Shown: positions 15,101 through 43,400 of the stretch, one piece after another | How the letters are laid out: each line of letters starts with the position of its first letter | Position numbering within the stretch: position 1 is the stretch's first letter | NCBI GenBank assembly: GCA_040954595.2 | Contig: CM082592.2 | Coordinates: forward strand, 5,364,209-5,428,208 | Direction of reading: 5' to 3' | DNA: 64,000 bases | From: Balanoglossus misakiensis | Lineage: Eukaryota; Animalia; Hemichordata | Program-made: the position numbers and the translations under genes | Notes under the pieces: model-generated | Database searches by the model: none | The model's input: the letters and a program-made list of their open reading frames with translations, nothing else | Told to the model about the DNA's origin: nothing

Positions 15101-16950
15101 CTCTGAATTCAATTGACTTCTTAGGACTGCTACCAAAAGTTCACGTAAATATTCCTTTGGTTTCTCAATCATTTACCCATGTACGTCACGGCAAACCCAG
15201 TTATTTCAATAAAACGTCAAATATTACCTGTGCTAGTAAAGAATACTGATTGTTGCGGAAACCTCTCCTTTATTGTGGCCAAGGATGTGACAATGAGTAA
15301 TTGTCCATAATGTCATAGCATTGTTGTATTTACAAAGTGATTCACGATAATTGCATATTTCCCTTGAAACTAATTTAGCAATTATTCTTACACGCCTAAT
15401 TTTATTCCAGTTTATTTTAGATGTTCCATTGCTGTAGAGACATATTTGCTATCCATACAACTGACACCACGGTTTTTGTTGCATTTTTTTTTAGGTGTGT
15501 GATTTCTGTGCTTGTGTTTTGTGGGAGGGAGGAGCAGTCTGCCAAACTGAATTCGCCGAACACCATGACCAGCTACACAATGCATTACTGGTGCAAATAT
15601 TGTATTTATGAGCACTGCCAGTACAAAATCATTGTAATAAGGTGAAGTGGATTTCTATGTCAATATCGTGTAAGGTTACATGACAACGATCATTGTCAGT
15701 CTTTTTATATCTCTTTCCACTCTGAACCCAACTACACACCTCCTCACATTAGCAAACACCTACCAAATACGTATCCTTGTACAACCTGAAACAAGGGACA
15801 CTTGACACACACTAGGTGTGTGGCTGTACACACTGACGCCAAGGTTGGCTTGTTGTTGCACCCTGCTGTTTTATCCATGTGTAATCTGGCACCAAGGTTG
15901 CACACCTATTCAAAAGCCCTAAATCATTCTGTGGGCAGAGGGAACCAAAAGGAATCTTATTTAATTGAGACGCGATCACAACATTTATAACTCTCATGGG
16001 AATCACGGTTCACAGACTGACAAATAACACTATCTAGTACCTTAGGGCTTAACCGTGTTATACTGCGACTCCAAAAGATTTTTCCTTCCAATGCTTATTG
16101 GCTGAGTTGTTTCATCTTGATAGACTGCGAGCAGATAAGTTATTATTACCGTATCCCAAGATCATGGTTATTATTAATACATCAAAGATCAAGGTGAAGA
16201 ACTCCTGACTGAAAACGTCTGGTTTAATGATTATAAACTTGACGTTTGGTGTCTTTTTCTACATGATCACTGAAATGTTATATTGTCCGTGTGCGTTTCT
16301 GAAATATGATCACATACAGGCATGGTGTCGTTGGTATCACTTGCCTGTTTATTTTCGGCAACTAGAATTTAGAAACCACAGTAAATTGAGTAATGCACTT
16401 GGGTGTCAGGTTATAACCTGTACACCAATATATAACCAACGCCTGTCGTCACACTAGATGCCAACTGTGTGCATGTATGACTGTGCCCGGGGAAATATTT
16501 CCTGGTTGATTTGTGAGCACTTCCTGTAGAACTTTCCAAAGGTGTGTGTAAACGTGTGTACATATACGTCAACACCGTGGTACGTGGGAACACCCGGAAC
16601 TGCAGGTTGAGTCAATTTATGGCATAACTTGCCTGAGCTTGACCCTACCTTCCAAGTTCAACGAGTTCACGTACCCCCTGTGTTACGAGCAGTTATGTGT
16701 ATTTACCTTCCAATAAAGAGGAATTATTGAGTTAAAATGTCTTTCCTCCTCAATTTATTCTACACACCGACCTGGAGCCATACAATGTGACTGTCCTCAC
16801 TGATGAACTTCACGTCACATCGAATTTGTAGAGGACCCCTCCTTCTTTCGCGCTATTTCAAGTTTGTTTACATCGGTTAACGGACTTACCCGGAGCTCCA
16901 CAGTCGGCACAGGTCTCTCCCGGGGTTCTCTGTTTTCCTCTCATAGCCAT
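122..16950 (-). CDS. GIT: ARF GTPase-activating protein GIT (GIT1/GIT2 orthologue), 5' part; 3' end lies beyond the left edge
   Basis: Hand-spliced GT-AG exons, phase-consistent: 16890-16950 ([20 protein letters not shown]), 6256-6392 ([31 protein letters not shown], ArfGAP zinc finger), 5156-5268, 4826-4931, 4297-4383 ([29 protein letters not shown]), 3368-3498 (ankyrin, GNTPLHVAA), 3141-3235, 2692-2789, 2315-2485 ([20 protein letters not shown]), 1958-2069 ([21 protein letters not shown]), 1523-1731 ([12 protein letters not shown]), 911-1063 (coiled coil), 122-415. The paxillin-binding C-terminus is not in the window. Confidence 0.96.
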
Positions 16951-17044
16951 TCTCCCCTCACAAGGGTTCGAAGCAGCGTGGTCTCAAACTGGCGATCTCC
17001 AAAATAAGACCAGCGCTGTCAAAGCAGGAAGTCTTCTACTTTCC

Positions 17045-17077
17045 AATATGGCTGCGATCCTGTCAGTGCGCATGTCC
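17045..17077. promoter_or_regulatory. GIT proximal promoter: YY1-like (AATATGGCTG) and NRF1-like (TGCGCATGTCC) motifs
   Basis: The motifs lie about 100 bp upstream of the GIT ATG. The same pair occurs upstream of SPT6. Confidence 0.45.
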
Positions 17078-17467
17078 AGGAGTGGAGCGTATGATCAAGA
17101 ATGATTGACCCCGCCTACTTCCGAAAACTGTTTCCCTGATCTTGTTGATTGAGCTAAATAAACGAAAGAATCTAGTGTTCGCTTTAGGTGGCGCAAAAGC
17201 TAAATCAGCAATCAACACATCGGCGTAAGATTTATAATGTAATAAGCCCTGCCTTCACTTAATTTCTGTTTTATGTGATTGATTTTAAAGGGACGCTAGT
17301 TACATCACAATTCCCGGCAAGGGGTATCAGGCTGTGTTAGGCCAGTGGCATGGTCGTAACAACACAGCCATATACTAGACTACTATGGATGAGCGAAGTA
17401 TTTGAACAAAACCCTGCTTTAGACATAATGACAACAATACCAGTAAAAACCATTTTCAGATTCAAGA

Positions 17468-17473
17468 TTTATT
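17468..17473 (-). terminator. Candidate polyadenylation signal (AATAAA) of SPT6
   Basis: TTTATT on the plus strand at the end of an AT-rich stretch about 1.7 kb downstream of the SPT6 stop. Other AATAAA sites in this UTR are possible alternatives. Confidence 0.4.
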
Positions 17474-19188
17474 TGACTACGACTGCGTGATGTACATGTA
17501 CTTCTTTTCAAAAGGAATCAGCCATACATGAAACACTGATAAAGACACAATCTCTTAAATCCCAATCTCCAAGACATAATTCAGTCCTTAAAATATAAAA
17601 AAAGACAAGGTGTATTTCATCAGAATGATTTATGAATTCATAAAAAATAAATTGTGACAAACAAGATGGGAATGCCATCTCATTACGTAATATTCTCACA
17701 ATTTTGGCAGTTTAAAGTTATACACAAATAAAATACAGGAAGTTTTTTTTTTAAATGAACTACTGGTACTAAAAATTACACAGTGCCATCTGCAGCCGTG
17801 ATGTATCTTTTAAGATGTCCTTGAGTTGTTACAGATTCAAAGAGAATGACATGCTCTAAAAGATAAATGTGAGGAATAGAATTCCACTCTGATCTGGATG
17901 ACAGTTTCACGTTTCCAATATTTGAAAAGCAAAGAAATAAACTTTGGTTGAAAACTCTATGCAGGTTACGTTTAAGTTGCAAATGGTTGAAGTACTTCTT
18001 TGAAACAAAGCTTATCGTTATTATCATGTTCTTGACCTTTTAATATTCACAGATATTTTTCAAGTTGTCCAACTGTACTGATGTGGTACCCAAATCATCG
18101 CCCCTTACCAAACCCCTTCAACTAATGTGTTTTTTTTTTAAATTACAGCTGATTATATTATCCAATTAGCATTCTCAATTCTGTACAGATATTGGTTTAC
18201 ACAATTTTAGATTTTTTTCTCAAAACAATGTACAGTTGATTTGATTTTCACATATATTGCAGACGCTATGATTACCTTGAGGCACGCTCTGTACACTGGG
18301 CCCAGTGGCCTTTTATTTCTGAGTAGATACCTTTAACTTTATTTAGATTTAAGTATTATGCAACGACAAACCTGACATCTCCTGTAAACTGAGCACTTTG
18401 AAATTGCCAGTAACAAGATGCCCAATAACAAGATGTGAAATTCGTAGTTACATTTATCAGCCAAACACCATTGCAAGCTGCCTAGCCTAGAACCATTTCA
18501 ACTATTTTCATGATATTAAAGCTTACAATTGTTGCATTTATTGAAGATGTGATTTCTTGGCAATATTTTTGTATTTTCCATGCACTGTACGTCGCCAAGT
18601 CACCGACTGTTTGGAAAATACAAACTAAAGTATGAAAATGAAATGTTATTGCATGGCCATAACATGGCTCTGTATGGGTTAAGCACTTCCATCTGCTGTT
18701 AAGAACGTGAGTAATAGAACAATGCTTGAGATGACTGCAATCAATATTTTCACTTTTAACCCAGAACATAACCAACTGGATCTGAGGAAAACAAAAGTAT
18801 TTTTTGTGTGAAAGTATAACAGGACCTAAACTACAACTTTATCACAAACATAACATCTACCACTTCATCTGGATATTTCTGCATCTACTCTCACTTGTAG
18901 AACACCAAACAAGGCACCAGCACAAAGCTGAGTAATATAAATAAATACCAATTTTCCATCAAAATGTGAAGTCGTGTGAAAAGGCATTGTTGTAAAAATG
19001 GACACTGCCTCGGGAAGAACACATGTAAGCCGCCCCCCCCCCCCCTATTTTTTTTAATTATGTGATCCCCCTCATATATGTACTGGGATTAATTCCAACC
19101 AACATTGCCGAAAAACAGGGGGTAGCACAGGTTGTTTCAGGACATATTTCAGAGCATATGAATTGTTCTGTGTTAATAAACTCATAAA

Positions 19189-34958
<15,770 letters not shown>

Positions 34959-35664
34959 GCTGGTCTTTACAGGTTACTTAAGAAGAGTCCAAAAGCAGCT
35001 TCCAATGTCTATTGATGGAAACACAAAAAATTGCACCTCATGTCAAATGTACATTTTCGGATGATGTCTTGTCTATGGGTATCCCAAAGCCTAGCCCTAT
35101 GGGTAGGCATGACAAGGGTGTCCGGCTTTGGCTGTGCTGCCCCCATCCCCCCCCCCTGCTAGCAGGGAGGCAGTACATGTCTGTGTAACGCCGGGAACAC
35201 ACAGACCTGCGTCATTGTGAATCACAAACTGCAACTGTATTTGTAAACAATGTACCCTGATGTGTATGTTCGAAATTGAAGACACAGCCAGATGGCCAAT
35301 ACTTCAATATTGAAAGGGGTGAAAGTTGTAGGAGGGAAAATTGTAAGGACGGCAGGGATCGGCAAATCAAACGACCTTATTCCAAACACCCAACGCTCAG
35401 TGACAGTCTCAGACAACATCCATATCTTTGTGTATTGCGGAAGGAAATATAGGTACACATGCTTGGGCACCCCATGTGAACACGGACGGAGATCGTGGGA
35501 TTGCACAGACGTAGCAGAAATCAAAACTTACCTTTAGAACGGTTGACTGGCTCCAAGAGAATTCCTACTCGCTTGTATTACGCAGAGAACCAGTTCTATT
35601 ACGAGAGCAGATTTTATAACACCAAAACACCAGCACATTCACGATGTGCAAGCTCAGCACATCA

Positions 35665-35700
35665 AAGATGGCGACGATTGTATTTCTACTGCGCATGTCC
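35665..35700. promoter_or_regulatory. SPT6 promoter: YY1-like AAGATGGCG and NRF1-like TGCGCATGTCC motifs
   Basis: The motifs lie just upstream of a probable non-coding first exon, whose minus-strand GTAAGT donor is near 35525-35531. Confidence 0.5.
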
Positions 35701-35904
35701 TTAAAATAAAACTTTCGAAGATAAGTTGAGGGCGCTCTCAGATCAATGGGGAAAAGTCGGGGTTTTTTGTTGTTCATCAGCACAATCTGTGAAAACGTGC
35801 AAAAATGGTACTTTTTCGAAAATCCTAGTCGGCTAAAGGATGAGAAAACATATCGGTTATGAACACTCTGTTTCCGAAACTAACCAACTTGCTGCAGTAG
35901 TGAT

Positions 35905-36147
35905 GATTTTGTTAAGAACCACGGCTACGTGTATAAATTCCTATCTATGAACCTTGATGATGTCGGAGGGATAAATTACAATAATTGTTAATTAGTAATG
36001 AGAAATTATCGTCCCATCTACTAAAAATAAGACTTTGAAAGCTAGAACCTTGAATATTTTTTAATTTTAAGGCAGAAAAACGTAAGAACCACGATTTTTG
36101 TTAAGAACCACGGCTATGTGTATAAATTCCTATCTATTAAAGAACCT
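35905..36147. repeat. About 50-bp direct duplication in the intergenic region
   Basis: GATTTTTGTTAAGAACCACGGCTA(C/T)GTGTATAAATTCCTATCTAT occurs near 35905 and near 36093. Confidence 0.85.
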
Positions 36148-37445
36148 TCAGCATGTCTCGGGCCTTGTCAATTTCTTTGACCCATTCCAAGAATACTGTA
36201 GCACTAGTTGCCCATTGTCACACATCAAGAATAACTCATATGTATATCATTTGTCCAATCAATGGAAAACCAAAATCTGTGATTGACTATCCCGATGTAA
36301 AGACAGACAGAAATCAACACTGCACTCTTTATGGAAGTATTTAACATTTTATTTTCAGTGATTTCATTAAATTTATAAATACAAAAGATATTTAATTTAC
36401 AATAGGTGCCCCTAATTTTTCAAACATTCATCACCATGAATTGCACCATATAAATAACATACAAAAGTGAAAACTGCATAAAAATTTGACACATCAGAGT
36501 TAAAGCTTAGAATGTGTACGACACATTGCCTATACTTAATTATAATTTGAGGTTGGTTGGTTTTAATCGCAGTCCACCAACTTCCTTAAAATGGAGGGAC
36601 TGTGGTCTGGTATTTTGTTCTAAAATACATGTACCAGTATTGGCTGTTGTCTTTTAAAAGCAGTCTGCTCAGTTTATGTAAATGGAAACCAAACTCATGG
36701 AAGACTGATTTCTACTAAAAGCAACAATCATATCTCTAAGCATACTGCATATGTGTCAAGCAAAAAACACTGCCCACGTGTCTCGCATCCCAAATCCTGC
36801 TTTTCCTTTCAACTGAACTCCTAGCCTGTGAGTTTATTCAGTCCAACAAGACACTCCACGGGATAAACACAGCATTTTCCATAACTTGGTTCAACATATT
36901 TTGACAAGGAAAGACAGAGATGTTTGCAGTTCAAAATGATGATTCCTTGAAGACTGCTGGGAAAGCCATGTAGAAGATAGATAAAGTGAAAGAAAGTTAT
37001 GAATTAAACATGCATGTGTTTTTCCTTAGTATAAATACAAAAACAAATTAAAAAGTATTTCAAAATGGGAAAGAAATTATACATAAAAAATGCAAATTTT
37101 CTAAGCAGTAACGAGAGAATCATTAAGTACTTGTAATATATAATACTGATTTGGTAAATTTTTAAAATCAACTTGCGTAAAAGTATGCATACTTATGAAA
37201 TTTTCTGAAGTAAAAGTAAAGTATATTGCAATTTCATATGTACAAATTTTAAATCATGGTGATGTGAATTACTGTATAAAAATATAACTATTAGTCACAC
37301 AAATCAGTGTGTGTAGCTTTGGCAACTGTGTCAGAAAGCGTAGTTTTTTTAAATTTCACCTAACTCAACTTTAAAAACACTGATATATAACAATAATGGT
37401 ACTTTCTACGACCACCACCATTAAACTAGAGTTAGTAGAATAACA

Positions 37446-40400
37446 TTAGCAGAACTCTTCATCACCAGACATGTCCCTGAAATGAAGAATGAAAATAGAT
37501 GCACTATTACATTGAGGTTATGATAACACATAATAGCGCTATGCTTGGGACAATTGGTTCCTACAGCTATAACTGCTGGTTTGATTAAACCATAATTTGA
37601 AATGAAAACATCGCTCGATTTTTAGTAATTTGACAAAAATAAGAATAATTCCTGACTGACATCAAACAATGACAAATAAGAATCGAGAGATCACCATAGC
37701 GATGATGACACACAGACTTACTCTTCATCGAAGTCTTCATCCAACTGTTCCAACAGCGAGGGTGCCTGATCCAACATGACTGCATACAATCTATCCAAGT
37801 ATTGCTTCTGTCGAGTGCTCTCTTCTACGTTTTCTTGAAGGACATTCAAGATTTCAGACTGCAAAAAAAACACACACAGAGGAAAATACTTAGGCTGGTT
37901 TTGTCTTGCAGGTGTATTCACCACTGTGGTGGTTGTTCTATACACTATACAACTGATGTCCAAAATCATCTGACATCTGACATTTGAAATGATTTCTCAG
38001 TCCCCTTCCAGAAGCAACCGCACATGTCAATTATTATGCATCCAGGCTTCCAACAGTTTCCTCTGTCTTGTAAAAAAACAAACACTGACCTTCTGAGCTG
38101 TTTTGAGTACTTCCCAGACCGGCACATCATCGTCATTCAGATAGACTACCGAGTTGTGCTTCTTCCTGTCTGCGTTCTCCAACTGAGTGATGAAATCATC
38201 TCTCTCCTCTGTCACCGCTGCCAGTGCTGCCTCCTGTTGGGAGGAGGAGGAGGAGGAGGAGGAGGGGACGGGGTCAATAGATATCTGGCTTATAAAATAT
38301 ATAACTAAGCCAATGATCAGAAAATCATGCTAACACCCACATACATGATACACACCAGTTGGTTATTCAGTATACTAGATATCTATCGGAATGTACTAGA
38401 CACTACATGAAACACTGGAATACAGTTATTCTGTACACCAGAATCCAGATTGCATGAGCATATACCTGTTGTTGGCACGTTTTTTGTAGATTATTGATTC
38501 TCTTGGCACTCTCTGCAAGTGCTGCTGTTTTCTTCTTGATTTCAAGCTGCAAGATACAATACAATACAATAACGTCACATACAAAGCAATGCAATACCAT
38601 CAGATACAATACTAAGAAGGACATTAATGTATAATGTTTTCCTATACAGTAAACTTATTTTATGTCACCCACCTCCAGTGCCCTTTTCTCTTGTTCTAAC
38701 TGGTCCAGACTCTCCTGCGTTTCACTGTATCTTTGCTGTGATCTCTGCAGATCACCCACAGTGCTCTCCAAGTCTTGACACTGCGACTCTGAATCACTCA
38801 GCTGTGCGAAACACAAGAAGAATGGTGGTCAAATGTCTGACTCTGCAGATGGTTGTGACCCAATACTGTTATTCTCACAGGTACGCACATGATAGAATGC
38901 ATTCTGTTTGATGTGACTTACAATAATTCCAATCTCAAATACAAACTTCATCTGACCATATATATTCAGAGCGAATTTACGAAAAAAATCACAATATTCA
39001 GACACTGCGATATATCTACCTGTTTCTGGAGTTGTTTTACTTTTATTTCAGCATCGTCCGCCTTCTTGGCTTTTGTTTCTAGGATCTTCAGTCTGGAAAA
39101 AACGGCACAGCGATGTTACAAACAACATATCAAATAAAATAGATCTTTACCTTGAGTTGAAGAAACTTGATCTCATATCAAAACTGTACAGACCATTTGA
39201 GGTTGATTTAAAAAAATTGTCATCAATTTGAAACTGAATTTTATTTGCACATCTTTGTGCAGCTGGTCAATGATGTTTACCTTGCCACTTCTTCTCTCAG
39301 CTCAGCCGTCTCTCTCTTCTCTGATTGGAGGTTGGCTGCAGCCAATGACAACTCTTCTTCCATTCTGTTCATCTTCTGGGTTGTTTTAGGATCAGTGATT
39401 GGCTGCTGCTGCTGCTGCCTTGGCTGTTCTCTCAATACAACTATCTTCGCTGACATCTTGCTGTTCAGCATTGTATTGACTTCGGCATCGGACGACTGGA
39501 ACACGTTGACGCCATTCACCTCTATAAGTCTGGACACAGAGAAAGAGATGTCTTGTAATCAAGCATATAATTAATGTGTACAAATCAATCAATTAGTGGA
39601 TGGAGGGGTCCTATAATGGAGGAGGGTACTGCAATGGAGGATCACATACCTGTCTCCTTCTTTCAGGACTCCATTTGAATCACAAGACGTCACAAACACA
39701 CCATCCTCCTCAAATTCACCGGACGACACAATGAAATCGTAACCATAGTGACCGGGAACAATTTCCATGGCGATGACGGTGTGAGCTTCTTTGAGTGGGA
39801 GTATGGAGTGTAGAGTCAGGGACTGTTGCTTGGCTTTTGACTGGTAAGGAACACAAGAAGACTGTTGGTTAGTTTAACATTGTAAGCTACTTGACGGATC
39901 AAGTTACATCCATGAAGAGTGAATCCCAATTTTATCATTTAACATTGACAGGTTTATTGACAATTAAAGAGACCATCCACCCAAGATGTATCATATGCTT
40001 GGATTAGTGACAGACACTTTACCTTTTAAACCCTATAAGCATGCAATACAGTATTTTATCCCTTCAATGGTCAAATAGATAGATACCTTTATGAATTAGT
40101 GTACTTCTTTGCGTGCAGTCAAAATCAAAGATTATCATTTTGACTTTTCAAACAACACCAGAACAGCACCACCACCTCATGAAAGGTCAATACCAAATAA
40201 TGATTACGGTATTAAATGAAGGAGGCACTCATGATTTAATACATAGGTGAGAGTCCACAGATAATTCCACACGCAAAATCTAAATGGTGATGCAGGACAG
40301 AATTGATGATGTAATATAATAGAGTGGAACTGATGATGACATAGGACTGAATTGATGATGTAGTAAGGTGGAACTGATGATAAAGTACGACTGGACTGAT

Positions 40401-43400
40401 GATGTAACAGGACCAAACTAATGGTGCATTGACCAGACTAAATGACATGGTCAGAAAAGACTGTCAATCTGGTAGGATCGACATGAATATTGCTCACCAG
40501 CACCAGATCAATGTTTTGGAACAAGGAAAGTGTCACAGGTGGATAAGAAAACTTGTGTATAAAATGGCAGAAGAAATGATGAGAAAAGATGCATATTAAA
40601 ACACTTTTACTCGGAAATGATTTTACACTAATAGTCACAATGACATGCAAATAGTGAGTTTCACATGCATCAACCGTGCGTTCACATGACAATCCTTACC
40701 CTCTCTTCCTCTTTCTTCTACAGTTGTGTTTTACGCATTTCGGGGACAGTGTGTACACAGGCCAAGCAGAGACCCCAACACAGAACATTGCATCACAGAA
40801 GCAGGCAGGCAACACATACAGTATCACAACGTCACAGTAGATCAGAGGGAAGAAAACAAATAGAAATTAAGCAAAAAGTGAAAAAAAATTACTGATCAGT
40901 GTATAACACACAAGTAAATTTTTTCACATGTAAATCATTGAGAGAGTTTGTGTGACTAAGTGTACGTGTATGTCTGTATACCGTATGTCAGCATATTATT
41001 ATGAAGTAATTTCACAATTTCAGTTCAGACAAGACAGATATTGATATAACATCTATCAAATGTTTGAGAAATGACTGCAACATATCAATTCACACTGTGA
41101 CCATGGAGTCAAAACAACATGGAAAGCATTTTCATTCCTCAAATGTTGGAAGTTTGTTGTGTCATGTAATCATCAATTCATATTTTCCACAGAATTTTAC
41201 ATGAAAAAAAACCCCCAGCTCTTGAAGATTTGTGCTCTACCTTTTCTTGTTGTAACTGGTGTTCATACGTTGCAAACTCCAGCTCTGTAAACTGTGACAT
41301 CTGTTTTTGCTGCAAAGTTAGAAGATTGGATTCCTCTGATGCTATCCTGTACTCCAACTCTGCCATCTCAGCCACTCCGCTGCTATTCCTACATCACACA
41401 AGAACAGTTCACTTTGCATTATTTGATAATTTGTTTACATGACGAATTAACTGCTTTAATGCATTACCGAAGCACATGTATATTATGAAGATTGATGCAA
41501 AATATTTGTATACAGCAAAAAACTTGTTGTGAGTGATTAAAAAATCTTGATTGATGTCTGGGAGACGGGAAAAATATCACAATCTAATTGAATGCCACAA
41601 AGGTAAATAGTCTCTCAGTATTCTCATTGTTGTTACTCTGTCACATCTTACGGCAAAACCAACAGTATGGCCATATTGTCCGAAGGGTTTATTAATATTT
41701 AGAGGTCTAACATTATTGTCTCTGTACCTCTAAGACAGAATAACACCACCGTTTTTTTCTTTCTGGGGACATAAAGACCCTCACCTCTGCGACTGCTCGC
41801 TGCTCATCTGTAGTTCCTGGCACAATTTCTGGACCTGTTTCTCTTTTGTTTGCACTTCTTGAGTTGTGTGTTCTAGTTGACCTTTGAGGTCAGCGACAGC
41901 CAATGGCAACACTTCTAAATAATGATAATAAGGGTATGACTGTACAATGTAATATGCTCAGTTTTGTATAGCCTAGTACTGGTAGTTGAAAATGCCCAAA
42001 ATGAATAATTCACATCACAAAGGAAACATCTAACAATAATGAATGACACTCACCTCTGTCTTTGACTTCTTGTCTTTGCTCTTGTTTCTTTTTCATGCGA
42101 CTCTGCTGCCTGGTGTAATTGTCTTGTAACTGAGTAATGGTCTTTTGAAGTAAGATGAGCTGATGGAGAAATTAAGATTTGTATTGAGATCAATGAATGG
42201 TGGGGTGCATTTTTGTCACGTGAGCGCTTGCCCTTGCTCAAAGTCAAACACAAAGACCAAGACACATATATATACAAACAAACAGACCGAACACAATACA
42301 CTCTCTTGTTTGGCATCTGTAACCAAATCACAACTCTATTTCATTTCTCAGTACTTTCAAATCGATATCTGTATCTTGCCCAACAGGTAAGAATTTCTGT
42401 CCATGTGAGGTACATGTAGTGTGAAGACACTTAGATTTCCTGCCACAGGTGGGCCAACGTCTAATTCAAAATGGAATCGTTCATAATATGTGGATAGTCC
42501 ATACATGCATTTCAACATCACACCAAAATTCTTTAGTGTAGTGATAAGACATTATGTGAATCAGACCTTCTTGTCTCTCTCCTGAAGCACTTTGTTCTGC
42601 TCCATCACTGTGTTGACATGATCTCTGTTCATCTGCAACTCATCTTGAAGTTCCCGCACTTTCATTTCAAGCTGTGCAGAAAAGATACAATGTTATTGAT
42701 GGGTGCCTAACTGTGTGACTGACTAAACTCCTTTCAAAACAATTTATATTTCAATTCAATTAGCTGTAGCATGGAAACTCTCTTGTAGTCACTTTTAAAA
42801 TGAAAGTTATGACTGATATAAGGAAGAACCCAATGTTGCATACCTCCATAACTTTCACACTGAGTTCATCTCTCTTCAAGCCATCATACTTCTCTGCCAC
42901 TGCTCCATCCTTCTCGGAGTTCTGCGACAGCTCTAATTCAATGGACGCCATCTGTAATGATAATGTGCAAGCTTCAGTTGATTATCATTTCAAATCTACA
43001 GCTTCCATGTGCATGTTTCAAGATATCACTGGATGAAAGTGTCCAATGTAACTAATACAGAGACTCAGAGCACTGACTACTGGAATCAGTATCAATCAAC
43101 AATCCCTTGGAAAAACACTAGACAGGTAAAAGAAAGGGGGAATGTCCACACATCCATATTGTACTTGGGATAAATGTATTAAAAAAACCTGGAGTTACGG
43201 TAGGATTGTTTGACTTTTTGGTTTTCAAATGTCAACGGTTCTTACCTCAGCTTCCAACTGATTCAATCTATCTAGCTTGGGTTTGAGTGATTCTGGCAAA
43301 TGTGAACTGCCCTGCATGTGTTGTGTGCATTTTGCCCATTGGTTGTTAGGATGGAAAATGTAGACGCTAGACAATGATCAGTTACTTTTTTATCAAGAGT

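Noticed and set aside
6393-16889. Possible nested gene in GIT intron 1
   Set aside because: Only short ORFs with non-coding-like composition; I could not build a consistent exon chain.
40295-40410. Repeated TGATGA motifs resembling snoRNA C boxes
   Set aside because: They are antisense to the host gene and form a degenerate repeat of about 23 bp, with no terminal stem or matching D-box layout.
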